From assembly GCF_026210795.1 (NCBI RefSeq), contig NC_089430.1:4774001-4838000 (forward strand): a stretch of DNA of 64,000 nt. The letters run 5' to 3'. The notes beneath the pieces were generated by a model. The model made no database searches and was not told the DNA's origin. It was given only the letters and a program-made list of their open reading frames with translations. The stretch is from Rhizophagus irregularis (Eukaryota). Numbering within the stretch: the first letter of the stretch is position 1; the number at the start of each line of letters is the position of its first letter. The position numbers and the translations under genes were made by a program. Positions 52,621 to 64,000 of this stretch are shown here, piece by piece.

Positions 52621-53642
52621 AATAAAAGTTCGTGATTTCAAAAAATTAATACATAGGACTTAATATAGTACTGTACTTATAAAATGAATTAAATGTTAAT
52701 ACATGTGATAAAAAGATTTCATATCCTTGTTTTATTAACTAATGGTTTATATCGTAATAATCTACTGATTTTACAAGAATCAAGGAAATAATGATTAACA
52801 AATTAAAGATTTTAAATTTTTTTGTTGATTGGATTTTCTCGCTTACAACTAAGGACCAGTTTAGAATTCTTTACTTGAATATTCATTAATGAGTTACTAT
52901 CTACATTAATAACATTATTAATCATATCCATATTTATTTTTAATTTCAGCATACAGTACATAGATTAATTTTAAACGCTCTTTTTTTAAAAAAAAATTGA
53001 TCACATGGCCGGTCATGTCGATCATTACATAATTAATACGAACCAAATTTTTTTTTGTTATCCAAACTAGAAGTTAAAAAAAAAATACACGTGATTTTAT
53101 ATTTTTTAACGTTAGATTAATAATTTGTCATTATCTTTTATCCTCTAATTTACTGGCGAGAAATATACTGTTAAAATCAAGTGATAAGCTAAATTTACGG
53201 GGTGGTTACTTGATGTCATACCAATATCCAATCCGAAATTTTCACAAAAAATATTTCTTTTTATTTTGTCATAATTTCAACATATTACACTAATATATAA
53301 TTTTCTTTATTACATACGCCAATTTACTAGTGTGGATCTAATAAATAATGTCAAAGATTGCAGTTAATTATTGTACGAAGAGTAATATAATAACACTTTA
53401 ATGATTTATAGACAAATTCATATGAGTTAGAAATAATAATACTTTTAAATATATCTAGAGCTTCTGGTCAGATAATTAATATATTTTTAACACAATCTAT
53501 TATTAATGATGTCCAAATCTCAGATTATGAGAATCAATTGCATATAATCTACAATCTTTAACATTGATTGAGATTTACATATTTTACAGTACATTAATAA
53601 ATTAAAATACAAATTCCATTTTTAAACTCAGGTCTTTATTTA

Positions 53643-55274
53643 TTAATATTGTGAATAATTATTAATTATAAAATCATATGGATTAATAATATATAAATCA
53701 GAAAATTTTTTAACTATAATATTATGTAATTTAAATTCATTTACTTCGTTTTTTAAAGTAAATAATTCAAAATTTGAATCATTATTATCAAAAACCAAAT
53801 ATTTAACCCTTTCCTTCTTCATAATATATTTCTTTATATAAAATAAAACTTCATCACCTTCATCATACAACTTATAACTAATTACTAATTTCTTAATAAA
53901 AGTATTTTGTGAATTTTTTAAAAATATTTCCAGATCACTTGTATTAATACAGAGTCCTAAACATAAGTATTCTAATTTAGAAGGAAGAATCTGTCCTAAA
54001 TTTTGTAATACACTTGAACTTAAATCACTTAAATCAGTATGATCATTAAAAAGGTCCACTTCAATATTAATATAATTAATACTATGTTGATTATTTTCAA
54101 TTAATTGATATATATTATTATTATCAGGTGTACCCGTTTTAAAATATCTAATCTTTTTACAATATTTTATAATAAATTCAAGTAATCGTTGTTTTGATTC
54201 ACTATATTCTCTTGTATCACTCCTTTTAAATTCAAGATTCTCTAACCAATTACTAATTTTCTGTACAAATAATTGTAATGATTCAACATGTAATATTTCA
54301 TCCATAAACAAAGTTCTCAATTTAAAAGGTTTAATGACCTTAATAATTTGTTGAACAAAATCTGAATTTAAAGAATTACAATAAAAAATGTGTATAGATT
54401 CTAAAACATTCAATTGATCAAAAACCTCTTGTAAAATATTAATTATATTTTTAAAATCAATGAAATAAAATATAATTGTATTTAAAGTATTTGAACAATT
54501 AGAATTTTTTAATGCTAAAAATTGGTTATATATCATATTATATTCAAATGAAATTTTTTTAAGATTATGTTGGGAAATTATTAATTGTGATAAATATTTT
54601 TCAACTAATGATGATCGATTATAAACACTTATATAATGAAAACTAAGAACAATCGTTGAGATTGAATTGCAATTAGTAAATAAAAATTTCAAAAATTGTG
54701 TAAAATTTTGACATGAAATATCTAATTTTAATTTTAATTTTCGGATATTGTATGTAAAATTCAGATTTTGTAATATCAAGTCCGTAATATTATTAAAATA
54801 TTCAAGGTTTGACATTACTTCAAAAGAATCTAAAATTCCTTCATTTTCAATAAAAACTTTCAATAATAACCCATAAATTAAGTTTACTAGTTCATAATCA
54901 TGGTTTTTATCCACTAAAGTATTAAAAATCCAACTCTTAATATTAAAAACAACTTCTCGTGTATTTAAATATTTAATAAAACTAGGATAATTAAATAATG
55001 TACTTGATGGAGATAAATTATAATTAAATCCATATTCATTTAATTTTATTTTGTCATCTTCATTTAATTTATTTAAGTAAATTTTAATGAAGTGGTAATT
55101 TTTGGAATAACTTATTGGAAATGGATTTTCCCATAATAATGGAATTGCTAAGCGACACCATAATCTATTAACTAAAATACATGAATATAATGTTGAAAAA
55201 TCTTTTCTAAAATATTGTATAATTTCATTTGTTAATTCGGGCAATTCTCCTGAAAATATTTTTGAGCATGCCAT
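53643..55274 (-). CDS. F-box/RNI-like protein (Glomeromycotina-expanded family)
   Basis: Intronless ORF. MACSKIFSGELPELTNEIIQYF..STLYSCILVNRLWCRLAIPLLWENPF is an F-box-like N-terminus. An alternative upstream ATG lies at 55304. Confidence 0.88.
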   Translation of the reverse strand: MACSKIFSGELPELTNEIIQYFRKDFSTLYSCILVNRLWCRLAIPLLWENPFPISYSKNYHFIKIYLNKLNEDDKIKLNEYGFNYNLSPSSTLFNYPSFIKYLNTREVVFNIKSWIFNTLVDKNHDYELVNLIYGLLLKVFIENEGILDSFEVMSNLEYFNNITDLILQNLNFTYNIRKLKLKLDISCQNFTQFLKFLFTNCNSISTIVLSFHYISVYNRSSLVEKYLSQLIISQHNLKKISFEYNMIYNQFLALKNSNCSNTLNTIIFYFIDFKNIINILQEVFDQLNVLESIHIFYCNSLNSDFVQQIIKVIKPFKLRTLFMDEILHVESLQLFVQKISNWLENLEFKRSDTREYSESKQRLLEFIIKYCKKIRYFKTGTPDNNNIYQLIENNQHSINYINIEVDLFNDHTDLSDLSSSVLQNLGQILPSKLEYLCLGLCINTSDLEIFLKNSQNTFIKKLVISYKLYDEGDEVLFYIKKYIMKKERVKYLVFDNNDSNFELFTLKNEVNEFKLHNIIVKKFSDLYIINPYDFIINNYSQY

Positions 55275-56068
55275 GTTGAAAAAGGAGATTGGACTTTCAT
55301 TCATTTCAAAATGAAATAAATTTATAAATTTTCGGAGTTATACAATTTTCCAAAAATAACGTAAATCATTCCTTTTTTTAAGCCATCCATTCCTATATTA
55401 TCTACTATTAAATTATTACCGTGGCGCAGTACAAAATTAACACATGCTTGGAACAGCAAATTTGGAAGTTTTGGATTCCTGTCGGCACCAATCATTTCTT
55501 TTTGTGATGGCGTTATTGATCAGCAGTCTCCACGAATTGATAGCACAACAGCAGGTTTTTTTCAGCCATCAAGTCACGAGACCTGGATTAGAACTAGATA
55601 AAATGAAGCCATGTGTCGATCATCATATCCTACTGGCGGGATCTAACCATGGAGTGGTTACGGGAAGTTCAGATACTAATTGTAGTTCGCATGACTTGTT
55701 AATTTTTATTTTTGAAAAGTAGCACTAGTTGTAGATAATTTTTTTTTTTTAGTTTTATATTTTATGTATATGTTGATGACTTAGTCTGGTGTACTATTTA
55801 TTGTAGATAAATTGGTTAGTTATAGGGTTATCATTAATTTAGTTAACTTTTGCCTCTATGCATTTTATAAAATTATGTATTGCTCTTCGTATATCATGAT
55901 AATAAATAAAATGTGCTGCTAATTACATAAACTATTAAATTATTAGGCTAAAATGTTACACTTTATATTGTATATATTTAATAATTGAAATTTAAAGTCT
56001 TTTGTTAATCTTTTTTTGTTAAATACTAAACCATTTTTGTGCAATATTTGTCATATATTATATTAATA

Positions 56069-56345
56069 ATGGTGTAGTTAGCCGAAAAATTCAGCCGAAG
56101 GCGCAGTAAATTTCGGCTAACAACACCCAGCCGAAAAAAATTCATGTTGATTTTAAATATTTTATTGGTTCAACATCTACTATTTTCGGCTGAATATTTT
56201 CGGCTAACTACACTATTATTTAAAAAAAAGTGTATTTAGCCGAAAATATTCAGCCGAAAATAGTTTCATGAATTTTTTTCGGCTGGGTGTTATTAGCCAA
56301 AAATTTACTGCGCCTTCGGCTGAATTTTTCGGCTAACTACACCAT
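56069..56345. mobile_element. Long-TIR MITE (Mutator-like)
   Basis: ~80-bp near-perfect TIRs atggtgtagttagccgaaaaattcagccgaaggcgcag.... Flanks atattaata / ttattaata match at 8/9. Confidence 0.85.
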
Positions 56346-57079
56346 TTATTAATAAAAAATAATAGCAATAATAATAAAGTAAATATAAATACAATGTTGA
56401 TGTCATTCTTGATCAAAACTTTAATACTTGAAGATTTCATATTCATTATATCATCATTATTTCGAAAGTTTTTTGAATCGGGAAGATTAATATATAGCAT
56501 CAATATATTAGTACATATTAGTACGTTTTATAAAAGATTATTATCATTAATATAATGATATTTCGCCAAAATGTTTAACATATTAGGATTAAGAATTTGA
56601 GAAAACTGAAAGTATGATTCAAGCAATTTTAAAATGTGCAATGTCTACTCCTGTCAGGACTTAGAATCGTAAATATTACCTATTATTTTGCCTGATCTTA
56701 ATATTTGAAAATAACTGATACATTATCTGGAGTTATTAACTATCTACTAAAATAAAATAATAAACCATTAACATGTTTTCCAGTTAGGAATTTTTATCTT
56801 AAATAAACATAATAAGTCTGATTGAATATTAATAATTCGTTATCTGTTATAGCAAAAACACTTTTAAATCAAAAATTTTAATAGTAAGAGTAAAGTGAGT
56901 AAAGTGATTGTAAACTTATTTCAATTTAATACAATCACATGATGCCAAACTTTAATAACAATAGAATTTTAATCATACAATAATAAAAACAAAAAGATAA
57001 TACAAATGTTGTGTACTGTAAAAGAATATAACTTTAAATAAATAAACCCAAAAGATGAAAAACTAACTAATTTAATAAA

Positions 57080-58635
57080 CTAAATAATATTCTTTGATTT
57101 GCCTGTAATATAAGAGATAAAATGAGTTAACTTTTAACTTTTAAAATTATTTCTTAAAAAAAAATTGAAATATATACGTACCATCATTATCTTCAATAGT
57201 CAATTGAGAAATATCAATTTGTAAAGATTCTATTTAATGAGATAAGATATATTAGTATTTTTACATTTAATTCATACAAAATTATTACAGTATTTACCTG
57301 AAAATTTTTCACTAATTATATTGTCATTTTGTTCATCATAATAATCATCTGAATTTTTTGGTTCTGGAAGATTATTAAAATTAAGTAGTCTACTTGTATA
57401 AACAGCTTCAGAATGTGTCTTGTATGATAAACTAGTTGATGGTACACTGCTAGTTGGTAAACTATTATTGATTTCTTCTGCTTCTTTTATTTGTTTTTTT
57501 ATTTCTGATCGATTGTCATAAGTCCCATAAGTCCATTGATATAGAACACTTTGAACTTCATTTGCCATAGGCCGATTTAATGGATTTGCATCCAAGCATC
57601 TTTTGATTAAATTCACAATCAATTGAGGTACTTTAATATTAATAAATCTTGGTCTAAGTCCTTGACAAATTTTTATTGCTAAATTATTGTCATGGCTTAC
57701 ATCATGATATGGGGGAAGTCCAGAAATTACTTCATACATAATTATACCAAAACTATAAAGATCAGCAGCTTTAGTATAATTTTGCCCTCTTAAAACTTCG
57801 GGAGCAATATAAGGTAAAATACCGTATATACTGTTTTTTGTATTTTCCGATGCATTATAATCTGCAGGTTTACATAATCCCATATCAGTTATAATGGAAT
57901 GATATTTGAAATGCAGTATATTTCCAATATGTAAATCTCGATGAATTAATTCTTTTTCATGAGTACTCTTAAGTCCGAGTGAAATTTGGTATAAATTTAT
58001 TAGCTTAGTATTCCAAGTTAATTCATAATGATTTTTATCCAAATAAGTTCTTAAACTGCCATTTTCTGCATATCTCAAAACCATCATGTAATTTTTTGTT
58101 TCTGGGTCTTGTGTAATTCCATAAACTCTAACAACCGAAATTATTCCATCTCCAATAGTTTTACAATGCATTGTTATCTAAATATACATTTAAAAAATCC
58201 GTTAGTAAAAATCGTATTTAAAAATTTCATTAAATTAAGAAACTAGGCAATACCTCATTGATAAATTTTAATGTAACATTTTCTGAATTATTTAAACTTT
58301 TCAGAGCTACAAACTTATCTGGAGTATAGTGACATCGTTCCCAATTTTCATTTTTATTATCCCAATCATTAATATATCCATCAATCCATTTTACTCTATA
58401 CACTTCTCCAAAACCACCTTTTGCAATATATTCAATATCATATAATTTATTGTAAGGTATCCACTCTAATACTTGATCATAAAAATTCGCTGATAGTTGA
58501 TTATCTTGAATAAATTTGTCAATATCGTTATTTACCACTAGCCCAATTTTTAAAATTTCGTTGAAAACGTTTTATATTACATGCTTTACAGTATTCATTT
58601 CCAGTATTTTCCTGTTTACAATATTTACACAGCAT
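57080..58635 (-). CDS. TKL-type protein kinase, 4 exons; one +1 frameshift at ~58531 (pseudogene or assembly error)
   Basis: Exons 58254-58635, 57298-58177, 57182-57229 and 57080-57102. Motifs GGFG, VALK, IHRDLHIGN, DMG and YIAPE. ggtaaataac carries an extra A in WASG-NNDID. Confidence 0.8.
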
Positions 58636-60022
58636 AGTTCAATAGATAAATTTAGAAAACTTTATTAAATGGTTAATAAAAATGTGCAACTCAACAATAG
58701 CAGAAAAAGCTGAATGTTACCTTGAAAAACTTTTTTTCCGATTTACGTTCTCCCTATTTACACATACACGACATAAGTGTCGACAAAATAATTACTGCGT
58801 CAAATGTTAGACAAAAATGATATACAGTATTGAATTTATTTTTTCTTTATTGTAATTACTGTAAGCTTTAGATCCTAAATAAATCAATTCTACAAAAATA
58901 CATTATGCATTTGAATGATATATGATAAAATACATAATTCTCGTAAATCTAATTTACGTACGCTTATTTTTAAAAAAAACACGCGCTTAAATTCAGTTTA
59001 ATCATGTGATTGTTCACATCAGAATCTTGCTTTTCAAACACATCAATGTGATTACATAAGTGTGTAAATTGAAAATAACAACTTTTAGTAGAAATTTTCA
59101 TTTTGTAACTTTTTAACTATTGTTTTAATACATAGTTTATTTATTAAAACTGAGCCTTCGTAATACACTAGACTTTTTTTATCTTCCATTATCATATGGC
59201 TCGATGGGCTCTATTAATTTTATAGAATCAAATTTGTGTGATCGGTAGTTTAACTAAATTTAATTACTCTTCATTCTTTTCTTCAAATTAAAAAGTCCAA
59301 GCAATTAATATTATCTCCTGTTTCAAATTAGTGTATCAGGTGACTTTTCGATCAATTATATACCAGAAAGCAACCAAAAACAAATTAAGTGCAAAACCAA
59401 ATAATAATATAAATTTATCTCGCACATTAATTAAAAAAATAAATTTATTAAGGAAGAACAATAACTATATGAAAAATTAAAATTTTTTGTTAGATTATAA
59501 TGAAATAAAATTATTCCTTTAAAAAAAAAAAACTTCCCTTATATTAAACATTTAGATATTTAGAGACAAGAATGTATGAACCATTAAGGAAGCTAAGTTA
59601 AAATTAATTATTGTAAAAAATTGCAAATTTACAAAAAAACTAAATAAGTCTTCTCGTCCTAATAAAAACAGACTCAAAAATAAACTTTTATAATCAAACT
59701 TACGGAGTTACGGTAGAACCGTTGGAATCGTTTGTAGGAACCTCAAACTTAGTATTACCTTTAAAGAAATCTTTCACATGAAAACCTAACTAAAAAATAA
59801 ACTTTTAAATAAATTTGATTAATAAAAGTTAAGTTGTAAAGAAAATGACGTCGTGAAAACTAGTACGCACTTAAAATATCACACGCGTTCCATACAGATC
59901 TACATTGTTTATTATCAAATAAGGAAAGGCCTAGGACCGTTCTATTGTGTACACGTGTGTCACGTGACCTTTTTATATGTGATGTTTTACCACACACTAC
60001 ATGTCTCTGGCGGAGGTAAAAC

Positions 60023-60439
60023 CGCCAATATACTCGTTACTATCATAACAAAGTTCTTCCTTATTTTAAACAACTAGTCAATATCGACGTGTCCGCTTGT
60101 ATAAGATGGACGACTTGTAATTTTTTACATAGTGGTACTTGGGAGTCATATAGAGATAGTCTCTTGTTTAATTTAGATCAGTTTTCACCAGTTCAATCCT
60201 TTTTAGACTCACATAATCCACCTAGAACTTAGTCCTTTAGCCTGTTCTTTGGTTTTTTTCGGGATTGGTGTCGTTATTGGGACCCACCCTTGTTTCGTTT
60301 TATTTACCAGAGTGGCGCCGTCCTCGGGCGGTTTGATTATAGCTTAGTATTAGATAGCGTTTGACTTTTGTTTTATCTTTTGTTCTTGTCTATCTTTCTG
60401 TAATCTAGTTCACGTGGATTTTAAAAATAAAAATAAAAA
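60023..60439 (+). mobile_element. 5'-truncated LINE-like retrocopy
   Basis: 18-bp TSD ctctggcggaggtaaaac (60005-60022, 60440-60457). Open frame RQYTRYY..IRWTTCNFLHSGTWESY..PPRT*, then a 3'UTR and an aaaaataaaaataaaaa tail. Confidence 0.85.
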
Positions 60440-60457
60440 CTCTGGCGGAGGTAAAAC

Positions 60458-61930
60458 TGTGGCGGTTGATTCAGCGGCAGAGAAATATGATAGATCACTC
60501 ATGGTTGTAGTAGAGTCAGATTCTGGAGGTGTTCGTCTTAAAAGTACGTCCGGTCGTTGATAATAGATTGATCTTTTTTAGAAATGATATAGCTTGCTGT
60601 TCGCTCTTGTGGTCACGTCCTGAATAACGGTTAATTGTTGTCGTTGCTGCAACTAGCGACTTCTCATGTTTAGTCGTAGCCGTATTGGGGATAGACGTTA
60701 CGTTGAATCGTCTTCTAACCTTGTGGTCAAACAGATTGATATTATAAGTGTCACGATAATAGATTCGTAGGTCTCCATTTATGCCTGGTGGGATCGGAGG
60801 AAGGAGTTTCTTTTGCTTGTTGCGTTTATTGTTGCGTCTTATCCAATTCTTTTCACACCGTCTTTCTCTAATTTCGTCCGCTCGGGTGTGTGCATTTAAC
60901 GAAACATAGGAGTTTCTAAGTATTTTTCAGTATTTGTTTGATGACGGTAGGATTAAAAAAAATTCGGGTAGATACGTGTAGTAAATATGGTTTGTCGGAA
61001 TAATTGGTCCTAGATTTTGTTTGATGATACTTTTTGTCAAGCGATTCCATCACGTTGATTGTTTGGATGAGCGTATGACGTCGAAACGCAAATTGGAATA
61101 TTCTTTGTAGTTATATGCGTCTTCTGCGTGCGTGTAGGTTCTGGTTAAAAGTATCCGCTGGGTAATGGTCATTAATGATGTCAATTTTTTGGTTTTTATA
61201 TTTTTTGATGGTAACTGTAACTAACGCCTAAGCGATTAGAATGAACTTCTTTTTTGCTGTGGGCTTGTTGTGAAATGGTAGGTGTCAAGGTTGTCAAAGT
61301 TTGTTTATTTTCTGCTTTCGCTTGCTTTTTATTTTTATTATTAGCGGCCAGATGTTTTTCATTTGGTCTTTACGGTTCAGTGGCTAAGCCGGTACCAGCG
61401 TGGCGTAACGAGGTTGGATTGAGTATATGTTTTCCACATCTCCAACGACAATGCTCATAACGTAGGCACAATTTAATCCGCATCGGATATACAGTAAAAT
61501 CCCAGGTAGATCACGTGGGGTCCGGAACTAAACCGGATGAACGTATTGGTACGTCTATTATTATTAGTCTTATCTGAAATATGTCTATTGTTTATGGAAA
61601 AGTATTATTCTTTGAGTAACTCTCGTGGGCGTTTGAAATATTTGGTGACAATTTCATTTGAAAATTGTTTATTTAAGGAAAATACGTAGTTGAGATATGT
61701 CCCGATGAGGAAGGTATGTTACTTGTAGATCGGTTTGTATGTAGATGGTTATCAGATAAATGAATATCATTGGTGTAGAAAATTGATTGTTGATCGTCAG
61801 GGGGTGAATCTGCACTTTATGATAAAGAAAAGAGAAAATATCTTCCTTTTTTAGTATTATAAAGCGTTCCGCTACTCCGTGTGTCACAGTTTGTGTAAGG
61901 GCGTATATTTTTTGTGGCGAAGTTAAAAAT
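60458..61930 (-). mobile_element. Heavily decayed ORF remnant, probably retroelement-derived
   Basis: GC-richer block with broken frames (CGLNCAY..HCRWRCGKHILN; YSNLRFDVIRSSKQST*WNRLTKSI). Family not identifiable by eye. Confidence 0.35.
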
Positions 61931-62196
61931 ATGAAGATATGGCCGGACGATATAGCCGAAGAACAGCCGGTATGGTAGAAGTGAGATCGTATTTAAAATT
62001 TTAATGGCCGACTGCCGATATTATATCATGTTTATTAATCAATTTATCAGATCATCACATGATAATTATTAGATTAGTGACCGCATGACCTTTATGATTG
62101 TAACACAATCAACAAACTTAAAAAACAACATTTCCTTTTAAATTCTTTTAAATTAAAAAAATTTAAAACTTTTTTTCGTTATTTTTAAAAAAAACA

Positions 62197-63648
62197 ATGT
62201 CTCAGCTTCCTGATGATTGCTTGAACGAGATTTTTGAACACTTAGAAGATGACAAATTTACTTTAAATTCATGCATATTAGTTAATCGTTATTGGTGTGA
62301 TGCATCTGTGAGAATTTATTGGAGGAATGTTCAGAATTATAGTACTTCGAATTTTAGTACTTTAATTGCTTGCCTTCCAAAAGAATCAAAAGAAATTTTA
62401 TATAATAATGGAATTGTTATTTCAACCCCAACTTTAAAATCTCCCATTTTCAATTATGCATCATTTTGTAAAATTCTATCAGTTAATCAAGTTTATAACA
62501 AAATTGATAAACTTCTTAAAAATCAACAAAATATTTCACCACAAAATATTAAAAATTATAAACTTATAGTAGCGCAAGAAATATTTCAAATGTTCATGAA
62601 AAAAATCTCTTCTTTAAAAAGTTTAACTTTTTATCAATTTCCAAATATGACTTTTAACTTTTATCCTGGAGCAAAAGATTGTTTTAAAAAACTCACAATA
62701 TTATGTTGTAGTTCAGCGATTCCAACAGAATTATTTTATCAATTATCTCAAACATGTTATAATATACAATCACTTAATATAGAATTTGATGCAATTATTT
62801 CTAATGGAATAGAAGATTTAATTTCTGTTCAAAGAAATTTGAAACTATTTGATATGACACTTTGTCGTGATCTTACATTTGGTGGACCGACAAGTATAAT
62901 TTTATCATCATTAATGTCAAAAATTCCTAATACTTTAATTAAATTAAATGTTTATGGAAGAGATAATTATTTTTTATTATCATCTATCGCAAATTTCTCA
63001 AATTTACAAGAACTTAATTTATCATTTGATCATGATGAATATTTTATGAAGTTAGAATATGCCATTTTTCCACAATTAAAAGTTTTAATAATTCCAAAAG
63101 AATATCCAAGAAATGAGTCATTAATAAAATTCTTAGAAATTAATGGGAAAAATTTAAAAGAAATTTATATAAGTGAGGTTACAGGATATAATGATAATTC
63201 ATTAAATTTAGCTATTGCTAAGTTTTGTCCAAATCTTAAAAAACTTTCTGTTGGAATTGAATGTAAAGAATTGGAAACATTAAAAATAATTTTTAATAAT
63301 TGTAAAAATTTAGAAAGTATTAAAATTTGGTGTGGATGGAAATTCTTGAGCGAAAAAGAAGCGTTGGAAACATTTGCGAAATATTCACAAAATATTCATG
63401 AATTGATATTATATCATCAATTTAAAGAACGATTCGAATTACTTCCAGAAGAATTAGAATCTTTTTTTATAAAATGGATAGATCTTAAACCACAAAAATC
63501 ATTTTCATTAGTAGTTGTTAATTACGATGCAAATAGTTTAAATACAAATGATGAAAATATTGAAATAATTAACAAATATATTAAATTAGGCGTTATTAAG
63601 AAATTTAAAGTTACAGATTTCAAGGATAAAGAATATAATATATTTTAG
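62197..63648 (+). CDS. F-box/LRR (RNI-like) protein
   Basis: Intronless 483-aa ORF. MSQLPDDCLNEIFEHL..TLNSCILVNRYWC is the F-box, followed by LRR-like repeats (NLQELNL, FPQLKVL, FCPNLKKL, CKNLESI). Confidence 0.9.
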   Translation: MSQLPDDCLNEIFEHLEDDKFTLNSCILVNRYWCDASVRIYWRNVQNYSTSNFSTLIACLPKESKEILYNNGIVISTPTLKSPIFNYASFCKILSVNQVYNKIDKLLKNQQNISPQNIKNYKLIVAQEIFQMFMKKISSLKSLTFYQFPNMTFNFYPGAKDCFKKLTILCCSSAIPTELFYQLSQTCYNIQSLNIEFDAIISNGIEDLISVQRNLKLFDMTLCRDLTFGGPTSIILSSLMSKIPNTLIKLNVYGRDNYFLLSSIANFSNLQELNLSFDHDEYFMKLEYAIFPQLKVLIIPKEYPRNESLIKFLEINGKNLKEIYISEVTGYNDNSLNLAIAKFCPNLKKLSVGIECKELETLKIIFNNCKNLESIKIWCGWKFLSEKEALETFAKYSQNIHELILYHQFKERFELLPEELESFFIKWIDLKPQKSFSLVVVNYDANSLNTNDENIEIINKYIKLGVIKKFKVTDFKDKEYNIF

Positions 63649-64000
63649 TTATTGGGTAGGTGGTTGAAATATTACTGAACTTCGAAGTTTCCTAATTTAG
63701 ATTTTGATCAATAAATTGATTATTTTCGAATAATTAATCTATGTCCAGTACCTAATAATTATGTTACTTTTATGTAGACACTCATGATCATGCTTTTATG
63801 CATCATGGTATTGTGAGAATAAATAAACTCATTAATAAATTATTTTAAACTATATTTTTTTCTCTGTCTCTTTTCTTATACTTATCGTTATATATTCAAA
63901 TAAAATGTCTCAAACGAAACAAAAAATTTAAAAAGTAAAAGAAATAAAGTACTACATGCCTTTAATTCATTTTATTTTATTTTGCGTTTTTTGGCCCTTT

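Noticed and set aside
55430..55912. Possible retroelement 3' fragment / ORF 55444-55722
   Set aside because: GC-richer block ending in aataaataaaaa, but no TSD or recognisable motif.
58525..58540. Programmed frameshift or stop read-through in the kinase
   Set aside because: A single extra A in a short run. Similar 1-bp homopolymer indels occur at ~47352 and ~29428, so decay or assembly error is simpler.
60217..60230. 14-bp match tccacctagaactt to 5415-5428
   Set aside because: No extension on either side; probably chance.

Overview
Very AT-rich eukaryotic (fungal) DNA with short GT..AG introns. The gene families point by inference to a Glomeromycotina genome such as Rhizophagus: expanded TKL-type kinases with HKD/HRD..DLG/DMG motifs, intronless F-box proteins and a MATA-type HMG box. 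Apparently intact genes are one 6-exon kinase (35469-37330), two F-box genes and an HMG-box gene with a heptad repeat. Damaged genes are three further kinases, two tandem aldo-keto reductases and a processed proteasome alpha-2 copy. The rest is a dense transposon landscape of hAT MITEs with 8-bp TSDs (one nested foldback), other MITEs, Helitron ends, truncated LINE copies and a Crypton-like remnant. Three observations stand out. (1) An array of about 12 micro-exons (0.95-2.33 kb) has almost every intron branch point, and several donors, folded into a hairpin. (2) A spliced proteasome alpha-2 cDNA is inserted in a hairpin loop of a structured repeat whose empty copy lies about 2.4 kb away. (3) A 1.3-kb intronless decayed ORF has in-frame TGA codons at Trp-like positions, suggesting Mollicute-endobacterial origin. 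All calls are by eye; no searches or folding programs were run.
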